From a virus, in IMG/VR virus record IMGVR_UViG_3300017613_001142, positions 1-64,000 of that record: a stretch of 64,000 bases of DNA. One strand, 5' to 3'. Numbering within the stretch: position 1 is the stretch's first letter; every line of letters starts with the position of its first letter. Positions 8,476-17,023 of the stretch are shown piece after piece. The position numbers and the translations under genes are program-made. The notes beneath the pieces were generated by a model. It searched no databases. It saw only the letters and a list, made by a program, of their open reading frames with translations, and had not been told where the DNA came from.

Positions 8476-8922
8476 TCACAATTTGCTGAATAATGGATGA
8501 TTGTCTGGAACGAGTCGGTATCTTTTGGGCTTGTCTTTGGGGAAGAGGTTTTCTGTTTCAATTTGCATGCAATTGTCTCCATGCCCACCTGGGAGCTGCC
8601 AGTCAGAACCGTCTTTTTTTGGCTCTTCGTCAAATAGCCAGCTTTGCCTGTCATCGTCGCAAGCTCCCCAAACAAAAACCTCTTTCGGCGCCTCCGGCTC
8701 GACTTGCCAAGCTTTTTCTTTTTGTTGCTCAATAGATGGCCAAAATCTAGTATTATCAGCAATTAAAGATGCCCACCCCTCATTTTTATCATGTGAATCT
8801 TGATAAAAAACAGACGGCAACCCGCGCCACCAAACATCAGCTTTCCCGTTATAAATTATTTTAGCATTTTTTAATTTTGACCATTCTCTCGAAGCGTCGA
8901 AAAAATCAGTTAATTTTTTCAT
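8476..8922 (-). CDS. hypothetical protein (148 aa)
   Basis: ORF track. Preferred over the overlapping 8457..8762 ORF because of coupling with the upstream gene. Confidence 0.7.
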   Translation of the reverse strand: MKKLTDFFDASREWSKLKNAKIIYNGKADVWWRGLPSVFYQDSHDKNEGWASLIADNTRFWPSIEQQKEKAWQVEPEAPKEVFVWGACDDDRQSWLFDEEPKKDGSDWQLPGGHGDNCMQIETENLFPKDKPKRYRLVPDNHPLFSKL

Positions 8923-9098
8923 ATCACAAATACCTCACCACAATTTTTACATTTCCACCGGCTATAAAGACCGTATGTTTTTATAAACTTCCAGTCCATG
9001 CGCTTGCATTTTGGACAATCATATTGAAAATCTTGATTTTTAGCGTCTCTATGGTCTTCACCGCCAACACCGACATTAGGAGCTTGCATTGGATTCAT
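8919..9098 (-). CDS. zinc-ribbon protein (59 aa)
   Basis: Own codon-by-codon translation MNPMQAPNVGVGGEDHRDAKNQDFQYDCPKCKRMDWKFIKTYGLYSRWKCKNCGEVFVI. ATGA overlaps at both ends. Confidence 0.6.
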   Translation of the reverse strand: MNPMQAPNVGVGGEDHRDAKNQDFQYDCPKCKRMDWKFIKTYGLYSRWKCKNCGEVFVI

Positions 9099-9280
9099 TT
9101 TTCTTCCTTTAAAAAATTAGGACTCTTAATATAAAAATCAATTAAATCTCTGATTGTCGCGCTTCGATTCTGTTTGCCGACTAATTTATCAAACTCTTTA
9201 AGCGTAACAAAATCAAACATCACAGTTTTTGTTCCAAGTTTCTCGTTTTTCATATTGATTATACTCATAATCATAATCAT
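9095..9280 (-). CDS. ribbon-helix-helix (CopG/Arc-like) DNA-binding protein
   Basis: VMFDFVTLKEFDKLVGKQNRSATIRDLIDFYI fits a beta-strand/helix/helix RHH pattern. Start uncertain (9280 or 9253). Confidence 0.55.
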   Translation of the reverse strand: MIMIMSIINMKNEKLGTKTVMFDFVTLKEFDKLVGKQNRSATIRDLIDFYIKSPNFLKEEK

Positions 9281-9294
9281 AATTATCTGTAAAC

Positions 9295-9337
9295 TAAAAA
9301 AATAACCGCCCCATTCTGGCTACAAAACGAGGCGGCA
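9295..9337 (-). terminator. rho-independent terminator
   Basis: Minus-strand CCGCCUC...GGGGCGG stem (9337-9331 and 9312-9306), then UUA plus a U8 run (9302-9295). Confidence 0.6.
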
Positions 9338-9490
9338 ACGCTTACTAACCAAACCTTGCGCTTGCAGACACATAAGTTAAGTTGTAAATATTCTTATTAT
9401 GCAATGACAACCATCAGCAAGTTTAAGAAATGCCCGATGCCAAGCGGCAAATCCGATTCAACCGGTTTCGATCAAATTAATAGCTGTCTA
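9295..9490 (-). ncRNA. candidate ~190-nt non-coding RNA or cis-acting leader
   Basis: Bracketed by the promoter at 9496-9524 and the terminator at 9295-9337. No ORF above a few codons. Visibly more G+C-rich than its surroundings. Confidence 0.4.
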
Positions 9491-9495
9491 GGGAT

Positions 9496-9524
9496 AGAAT
9501 AAGGAATACAAGATAGTTTGTCAA
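9496..9524 (-). promoter_or_regulatory. sigma70-like promoter TTGACA-N17-TATTCT
   Basis: -35 at 9524-9519, -10 at 9501-9496. Confidence 0.55.
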
Positions 9525-9528
9525 GGAT

Positions 9529-9732
9529 TTATTTGATTAACAATGAATTTTCCTTAGATTTCCTTTCAAACTCATCCAGCTTTTTTAAAAAATCCCTTAT
9601 CTCATCATTTGGAGTTATGGAAATTACGCCGATAACTTTTTGAGTTTTAAGGATTTCTTGGAACATTTTATCACGGGCTTCTTTGAAATTCATTTTTTTC
9701 GATTCCAATAAAATATCTTTCCTGCTCATCAA
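9529..9732 (-). CDS. hypothetical small protein; start uncertain
   Basis: ORF track. The annotated start overlaps the helicase 3' end by 62 nt. Internal ATG at 9666 is possible. Confidence 0.4.
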   Translation of the reverse strand: MMSRKDILLESKKMNFKEARDKMFQEILKTQKVIGVISITPNDEIRDFLKKLDEFERKSKENSLLIK

Positions 9733-11308
9733 TCAGTTTTTCCCATGCGTCGCTTTTTAGATTTACATTATCCATGATCGGTTTTTCAAGCTCAGTGATA
9801 GGAATAAACACATCAAGATGTTTCGTTTGTCCGCGTCTATAACAACGTCTAAGAGACTGATAAAACTTCTCATATGAGTCGCTAATCCCGTAATAAATCA
9901 TCTTGTTAACGTGTTGCAAATTTAACCCAAAACCGGCTATCCGTGGTTTAGTGATCAATATCCGAGTTTCTCCATTAATAAAACTATTTATCAGCCGTGC
10001 TTTGTCTTCAAGTTTTGTTTTACCGTTGATAATCTCAAAATCAATCTCATTCCCGAAATGTTCTTTTAAGATTTCTTCTTCTTCATCTAGCTCAACCCAA
10101 ATTAAAAACTGATGATGTGGAAACTCTACATAACATTTTTGATAGACGTATTCTGGTTTGTTTGATTCACATCGAATCACCGTTCTTTTTTTCTTGACAG
10201 TTTTATAGAAAAATCCCCTTGAAATTTGCGCCAACTTATTTCTAATGGTAATTCCTTTAGGGATAGAATCGATATCAAGATTTTCTTCTTCACTGAAAAA
10301 ACTTTGTTGATCTTTTTTAATATTGAACTTTGCCGCTAAAATATGACTCTTAACCGACTCAATTTGAGATTTTTCGAGAGATAATTTTTTAATTGACAAT
10401 CTATAATCCGGCGGTGACTCCGTATTATCTTCAAAACCAAATTTCTTTGGATGTCTCATTAAGATTGACCAACTAGCAAGATATTCATAAAATTTTTGTT
10501 TAGCATGTGGTCTAAGCACCCATTTAGTTTGATCCTTGAAATCTTTCTGAAACCAATCACCAAAAAACTGAGAATAGGTTTTTATTTTCCCAAGAAAAAG
10601 CGCATGGTTGGCAAGTTCAGCGTAATCATTTGGCGCAGGTGTGGCTGACCCTGCTATTCTATAATCAATCCCAGCTTTATTGCAACTTGCTATGATATTT
10701 TTACCAAAAACGCCATTCTCAGATTTTAAAATTCCTGATTCGTCAAGTATAAACCCAGACACCCCAAACAATTCACGTTGATGCTTAAAAAACTCAATGT
10801 TTATTAACCCGATTTTAATATCTGAATTTATAAAATCTTCAAGCGTTCCATTCCGTAAATTATAAACTTCAAGCCCGCTATAGAATTTGCTTAATTCAAG
10901 TTCAAACTGAGACAATACCATCAATGGACAAACAATGAGCGATTTAAGCCCGTTTCTAGCTAGTTGCGCCGCTATTTCAAGTTCAATTGATGTTTTTCCT
11001 AATCCCGTATCCAAAAATAAAGCAAACTTCTTTTTTAACAGTGAAACCTTGACAAAATATTTTTGATAATCAAATAAATGAGCTGATAAACTTGAAAAAT
11101 CAGCGTCAAAATCATGGATATTAAGATTAATCTTGTCTGTTGTTAGAAACGGTTCCTCGTCGTCATATCCAAAATCATAAGTCGGCAAATACTGTTTCAA
11201 AAACATGAAATCTTTATAATTATCTATATTATATTGATTTCCTAAAAGAATCTTTGCAATATCGCCATGTGTCGAAACTTCTTTTCTTTCTAATATTTCA
11301 GATAACAT
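9671..11308 (-). CDS. SNF2/DEAD-like superfamily 2 helicase
   Basis: Walker A LDTGLGKTS, DExx box FILDESG, C-terminal helicase motifs GFGLNLQ and YQSLRRCYRRGQ. Confidence 0.85.
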   Translation of the reverse strand: MLSEILERKEVSTHGDIAKILLGNQYNIDNYKDFMFLKQYLPTYDFGYDDEEPFLTTDKINLNIHDFDADFSSLSAHLFDYQKYFVKVSLLKKKFALFLDTGLGKTSIELEIAAQLARNGLKSLIVCPLMVLSQFELELSKFYSGLEVYNLRNGTLEDFINSDIKIGLINIEFFKHQRELFGVSGFILDESGILKSENGVFGKNIIASCNKAGIDYRIAGSATPAPNDYAELANHALFLGKIKTYSQFFGDWFQKDFKDQTKWVLRPHAKQKFYEYLASWSILMRHPKKFGFEDNTESPPDYRLSIKKLSLEKSQIESVKSHILAAKFNIKKDQQSFFSEEENLDIDSIPKGITIRNKLAQISRGFFYKTVKKKRTVIRCESNKPEYVYQKCYVEFPHHQFLIWVELDEEEEILKEHFGNEIDFEIINGKTKLEDKARLINSFINGETRILITKPRIAGFGLNLQHVNKMIYYGISDSYEKFYQSLRRCYRRGQTKHLDVFIPITELEKPIMDNVNLKSDAWEKLIDEQERYFIGIEKNEFQRSP

Positions 11309-11384
11309 ATTTCTCTTTTTTATAATTCCATAAGTAAAACATTTTTCGCTAATTTTAATATTTTAATCAATTCTACTTCATTCA

Positions 11385-12278
11385 TTAAAAACTCAATTGT
11401 TCATGTTTTTCGCTTTCAAATTTATCAAGATTTTTCTTCATTTGATCGAAATAACTATCTTTCAATTCAATAGCCGTCGCGTGTTGGCCTAATTTTAAAA
11501 ACTGGTATGGTTCCGATCCAATTCCCCCGTAAGGAGAAAAACACTTTTCGCCGGGATTGCAATACATTAACGTTATGCGTTCAATCACTGTTAATTGTAA
11601 CGGGCATACATGTTTTTCGCGATCTTTTTCTTTTGTCCCTCTAACCTGTAATGTGTCCGACTCTTTAATGTCCGTCCATATCCCGGATGCCCATTTAATC
11701 CATGTATTCCTATCAAAACGTGGCGGATTTACTGGTTTATCGCGTTCTCCTGGTTTTTTAAACAACACCACATAATCATTATAACACGGCGCGCATTTAC
11801 TTGTATCACGGGTATGCGTTCCCATCGTAAGCGTTGAAACATGCGTCCTGATGCTCACAGCCTGTTGATTTTTTTTGATTACAAACTCGCCGTACATATT
11901 AAAACCAGCGCGACACATCCCCGCTCTTACCATGCTGTAAAAATCACGGATTCCTATATAACCATGATTTACATATGTAGCTATTAAATTACTCAAGTGA
12001 ATAGCTGTCACAGTTCCCGGTTTCATAACTTTGAATAACTGTTTAGCTGTTATCATCCAACTATAAAAAAATTCTCCTTTATTCTCTATGTCATTATGGT
12101 TCAAAGAATTATCCCTACAATTTCCCTGATCTTCGATTTTATTTGAGTATGTGTATAAATCGGCAAACGGCAAAGAAAACACAGATAAATCAAAGCTGTT
12201 TTCATCTATGTGATTCGCCATTGTCGTAACACAATCACCATTAAAAATTTTATAATTATCCCCTGTTTCTATTCTCAT
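11385..12278 (-). CDS. beta-class N6-adenine/N4-cytosine DNA methyltransferase
   Basis: Motif IV-like SLPF near the N-terminus (FSLPFADLYTY). C-terminal SAM motif FSPYGGIGSE. Order IV before I is typical of the beta class. Confidence 0.75.
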   Translation of the reverse strand: MRIETGDNYKIFNGDCVTTMANHIDENSFDLSVFSLPFADLYTYSNKIEDQGNCRDNSLNHNDIENKGEFFYSWMITAKQLFKVMKPGTVTAIHLSNLIATYVNHGYIGIRDFYSMVRAGMCRAGFNMYGEFVIKKNQQAVSIRTHVSTLTMGTHTRDTSKCAPCYNDYVVLFKKPGERDKPVNPPRFDRNTWIKWASGIWTDIKESDTLQVRGTKEKDREKHVCPLQLTVIERITLMYCNPGEKCFSPYGGIGSEPYQFLKLGQHATAIELKDSYFDQMKKNLDKFESEKHEQLSF

Positions 12279-12783
12279 TTAACTCCTGAAATCTTTGTAA
12301 AAAATTATGTTTCGCTTCTTCTGGACTCCAACATCGAATCTTAACGCCAAGCGGATCAACATTCAAACACCAGTCCGCCGGTTCTTTATTCATTAACTGA
12401 ATTTTCTCATCTAATAAAATCCTATCGTCTATTTCTTTTGTTTGCGCGTTAAAGTTTATATTATAGCGCAAATAAATGATTTTTAGAAGATGTTTTTCTA
12501 TTTTTTGAAAATTAGGCAGGTGTTGTTTGATTGGTCTAGCAATATCAGGTAGGTAAGCTTCGCTTGCGTCATGCAAAAGTCCTTCAATCGGATCATTTGT
12601 GTATAAACTTACTAAAACGCTATGTTCGGCGACTGAATAAAATTTATTACAATGACCGTTGAACCTGCAATTCATACTAAGCGCGTGAGCAATATCCTTA
12701 ATATGAATATCGTTGATATTTGGATCAAACGGCCAGAATTGAACGCCGCTATAAGTTTGAATCCATCCGGGATTGGTTTTCAT
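12256..12783 (-). CDS. HD-domain phosphohydrolase (YfbR-like 5'-deoxynucleotidase type)
   Basis: NCRFNGH...SVAEHS...LLHDASEAY HD signature. Confidence 0.75.
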   Translation of the reverse strand: MKTNPGWIQTYSGVQFWPFDPNINDIHIKDIAHALSMNCRFNGHCNKFYSVAEHSVLVSLYTNDPIEGLLHDASEAYLPDIARPIKQHLPNFQKIEKHLLKIIYLRYNINFNAQTKEIDDRILLDEKIQLMNKEPADWCLNVDPLGVKIRCWSPEEAKHNFLQRFQELNENRNRG

Positions 12784-12786
12784 ATT

Positions 12787-13116
12787 TTAATTAAAAACTA
12801 CTTCATACGCGCTGTATTCGCCTAAAAAAACGTTTTCTTCTTCGTTTTCATATTCATCATGATGATTAAATTTACAACCACAAACTTTTTCAATCGCATC
12901 ATAATCGGCCACAGTCCAAGTACTTTCGTTTTTTTGTAAATTGTGTTCTTGAGCAAAGTCTTCAATATCATCCGAATCCAAGATGAATTTTCCATAAAAT
13001 TTTGATGTCTCAGGAATTCCCGTATTCGGCATGAGTCCACAACCTAGTACGTTCTCTTCTGGCTCAACGTTTTCTTTTAATCTTTTTTCGCAAAGTTCTT
13101 TGAATTCTTTTTTCAT
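12787..13116 (-). CDS. hypothetical acidic protein (109 aa)
   Basis: ORF track. Confidence 0.7.
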   Translation of the reverse strand: MKKEFKELCEKRLKENVEPEENVLGCGLMPNTGIPETSKFYGKFILDSDDIEDFAQEHNLQKNESTWTVADYDAIEKVCGCKFNHHDEYENEEENVFLGEYSAYEVVFN

Positions 13117-13209
13117 TTCAACTCCTAAGTTATTATTAACGTTTCATCAACCAATGTAACTATAGTATTTCAAGCTAAAATAAAACTGTCAACCCAAAAA
13201 TCAAATTAT

Positions 13210-13410
13210 TTATTTCGGCCACACATTGAGTTTAAAAATACTTGTCCTCCTCGAAACCTGAAAAATCGGACTGCTTTGTTTTATATTTATCGCACTCGCG
13301 GTTTTAGACATTGGCCTAATATATCCGCCGCTTCCGTTATAGGATGTGAAAAGATATTTAAATTTATCCTCCTGTTCTTTTTGAACAGCCATACAAAAAC
13401 TAATTGTCAT
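13210..13410 (-). CDS. hypothetical protein (66 aa)
   Basis: ORF track. ATGA overlap with the upstream gene. No motifs. Confidence 0.35.
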   Translation of the reverse strand: MTISFCMAVQKEQEDKFKYLFTSYNGSGGYIRPMSKTASAINIKQSSPIFQVSRRTSIFKLNVWPK

Positions 13411-13943
13411 TCTATAACTCCTATATTTTTTAATCTTATTTGCATTTCATTAGTTGGAACTTGAAATTTCCCGCTCATTTCAAAAATAAAAACTGATTGA
13501 TCCATCTTGCCATGCTTTTCTATTAATGTCACCCCCTCTTTTACAATTAAATCAGTTGGCATCAATAATTGACGAGCAAAAGCATTAGCTTCTGATTCTG
13601 GAATATCCCAAAATGAAGCGACGCTATCAATTGTTTTTTTCGTGTCCTCAAAAAAATCTGAATGTTTGCAATAATGTCCAATTAAATGCGCTATTGAAAA
13701 TCTTCTTTGTGGCTCATAATTATTACCAAACTTATTGATCGTTATTACTATAAAATTTGCGTAATGTTTTATTGATGCAATAAACTTGTTATCAACATTG
13801 TAAATATATTCTATCTGAATTCCTAATAATTTTACTATCTCATTAATATCAACGGGGATTTTTATATTGAAATCTTTGTCTTTTTCTAAAAAATCAAATA
13901 ATTCTCTAGCTGTTTTAAAATAATCTAATTTATAGGTTGACAT
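13407..13943 (-). CDS. ImmA/IrrE-like metallopeptidase-fold protein with degenerate HExxH (HLIGH)
   Basis: RRFSIAHLIGHYCKH aligns with the ImmA FtlaHElgH block. The DNA reads cat tta att gga cat. Confidence 0.6.
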   Translation of the reverse strand: MSTYKLDYFKTARELFDFLEKDKDFNIKIPVDINEIVKLLGIQIEYIYNVDNKFIASIKHYANFIVITINKFGNNYEPQRRFSIAHLIGHYCKHSDFFEDTKKTIDSVASFWDIPESEANAFARQLLMPTDLIVKEGVTLIEKHGKMDQSVFIFEMSGKFQVPTNEMQIRLKNIGVIE

Positions 13944-13970
13944 AATTATTTATTCAAGTAGACTTATATT
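13937..13970 (+). promoter_or_regulatory. plus-strand promoter-like motif TTGACA-N22-TATATT-CAACA, copy 1
   Basis: One of four similar plus-strand copies (13937, 18506, 48741, 54428). Followed by the GTCGC-GATAA-GCGAC hairpin. Confidence 0.45.
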
Positions 13971-14063
13971 CAACAAGTCGCGATAAAGCGACATAATAAA
14001 TAAACATCAAACGGAGTTTAAGATGAAATTAGGAGAAAGCAAAACAAAACACAATACGGAAAC

Positions 14064-14294
14064 ATGAGCGTAACAATCACTAAAGTGAAAGACTATGAAA
14101 AACCAAGTTTCCATACAATGTCCGAAGATTGCCGCAAATCACTAACTGACCACCTTCAAAAATATAGAGACGATTGGAGTATTGGAGAAAACCCAAAAAA
14201 AACAAAATCAAGCATTATGCAGCTTCCAAGTTTTGTTTCTGGTTGTTTTACTTATTTGCAAGCCGAAGCGTTAGCGGATTGGCTACATGAATAA
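14064..14294 (+). CDS. hypothetical protein (76 aa), plus-strand island
   Basis: ORF track. Preceded by a 14-codon mini-ORF (14023-14067, good GGAG) whose stop overlaps this ATG as ATGA. Confidence 0.6.
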   Translation: MSVTITKVKDYEKPSFHTMSEDCRKSLTDHLQKYRDDWSIGENPKKTKSSIMQLPSFVSGCFTYLQAEALADWLHE

Positions 14295-14301
14295 AAAACA
14301 T

Positions 14302-14321
14302 GCCGGGCATCAAATCCCGGC
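14302..14321. terminator. hairpin at convergent gene junction, probable terminator (better on minus strand)
   Basis: GCCGGG-N8-CCCGGC. On the minus strand it is followed by ATGTTTTTTAT. Confidence 0.5.
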
Positions 14322-14867
14322 TTAAATAAAATCTTCCTCTTCAAATATAGAGTTAACCGGACATTCAAACCTTTCCGATAACTCTTTTTTGACTTTACAT
14401 CCACCGCGATTCACAATAGACCAAATCCCTTTAATATCATAACCGGCATTAAATAAAACCCCAGCCGCTTTGCCGACTGATTTTCCCGTTGTAATCACAT
14501 CATCCCACACTAAAGTATTTCTAACTCTCAAAGTAAGGCGGTTTTCAATAGTTGATTCCGTCCCATGTCCTTTAGGTTTTCGGACTATTGATCCTTGCAT
14601 CCGTTCGCGTGTTCTTATATTATATGTCCCAATTAACGCCGCAACTATAAAATCAGCTCCGACGCTATGTCCAGCTATTATATTTGTCGTCGGAAATTTA
14701 GTGGAAATATAACATTGGAAATATCTTTGGAGCCAATACAAAAAATCACCGTTTAAAGTGGCGCGTTTCATGTCAAAATATACGCCTGATGAACCGCCCG
14801 CGCTTAAAGCAAAATTTCCTTTAAGGACACAGTTTTCTTGAATGAAATCTTTTAGTTCTTTTTTCAT
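14322..14867 (-). CDS. type I phosphoribosyltransferase (orotate PRTase-like)
   Basis: N-terminal FALSAGGSSGVYFD and PRPP-binding loop LVWDDVITTGKS. Confidence 0.7.
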   Translation of the reverse strand: MKKELKDFIQENCVLKGNFALSAGGSSGVYFDMKRATLNGDFLYWLQRYFQCYISTKFPTTNIIAGHSVGADFIVAALIGTYNIRTRERMQGSIVRKPKGHGTESTIENRLTLRVRNTLVWDDVITTGKSVGKAAGVLFNAGYDIKGIWSIVNRGGCKVKKELSERFECPVNSIFEEEDFI

Positions 14868-14868
14868 A

Positions 14869-15348
14869 TTATTTTAATAGTTCAGGATTATCGATTTTTT
14901 TTCCGATAACTTTAGGATTATCAGCATCATCAATATGAAAACTGAAAGATGGTTTAATCTCATAAAGAAAACTTCCTGTTGAAAACCAAACCAAGGCTTT
15001 AACTCGATCACCGTTCCAATCGACTTCAATAATATCCCCTTCAAAAATCCGCTTACCTTTCCATTCAGACGGGAACCGTCCCGGCCTAGTCCACTTTTCC
15101 CGTTCTTCTTCTGTTAGGTCTTCCCATGTTGTAGAGTCATATAAATCTGTAAATTGAGTAACAGTTTCTGTGTCTACTTCCAATTCAGACTTTAGATGTT
15201 GGATATGAAAGTTTTTATATATATCAACTACTATAAATTTTTCAGGAATAATATAACTGAATCCATTGGATAAATCTTGCAATAAATATCCATAAACCCA
15301 TTTATTTGTTTCCTTACTTATTCCACGGAACAAAGTTTCTCTTCCCAT
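14869..15348 (-). CDS. YopX-like phage protein
   Basis: FRGISKETNKWVYGYL and IFEGDIIEV resemble YopX-family blocks. Confidence 0.6.
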   Translation of the reverse strand: MGRETLFRGISKETNKWVYGYLLQDLSNGFSYIIPEKFIVVDIYKNFHIQHLKSELEVDTETVTQFTDLYDSTTWEDLTEEEREKWTRPGRFPSEWKGKRIFEGDIIEVDWNGDRVKALVWFSTGSFLYEIKPSFSFHIDDADNPKVIGKKIDNPELLK

Positions 15349-15351
15349 ATT

Positions 15352-15565
15352 TTATTCTTTGATTTTATAATATGTTTCTTTTATAGCGTGATAGCTCCAT
15401 GCACCCTCTTTTAATTCTGGATAAAGTTCATAACTAAGCCGCCAAAATTTTTGGTTTATTTTTATCGCTTTCTTCGCGTATTTGATCGCTGATTTTGTCC
15501 TAAAAATCAATCTCAAGATTTAAATCAATAAGTTCTTTTGTCGGTATTAATTCTTTTTCTTCCAT
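15352..15565 (-). CDS. small ORF (70 aa if read through) interrupted by a +1 frame change at UUU UAG
   Basis: Own translation MEEKELIPTKELIDLNLEIDF|stop. The +1 frame continues RTKSAIKYAKKAIKINQKFWRLSYELYPELKEGAWSYHAIKETYYKIKE with no in-frame start codon of its own. Total length is 3n+1. Confidence 0.45.
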
Positions 15566-15587
15566 GTTATTTCCTGTTGATTCAAAA

Positions 15588-16988
<1,401 letters not shown>

Positions 16989-17023
16989 TTAGTTAAAAAT
17001 TCAATAGCTTATAAATTTTTATG

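Noticed and set aside
8457-8803. Alternative ORFs 8457..8762 (-), 8493..8735 (+) and 8501..8803 (+)
   Set aside because: They overlap the better-supported 8476..8922 gene, which is translationally coupled (ATGA) to its upstream neighbour.
9671-12783. SNF2 helicase plus amino-methyltransferase plus HD protein as a DISARM/BREX-like defence system
   Set aside because: The other hallmark components (DrmA/B/C, PglZ, BrxC and so on) are absent. Helicase-methylase pairs of this size are common in phage replication modules, so this is treated as ordinary phage genes.
12822-13040. Minus-strand ORF 12822..13040; also 24668..24856, 21910..22095, 29537..29725, 34490..34747 as an independent gene, 39758..39973 and 7375..7581
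   Set aside because: These are alternative-frame ORFs nested in longer genes with recognisable motifs or coupling. 34490..34747 is interpreted as the N-terminal fragment of the frameshifted methyltransferase-like gene.
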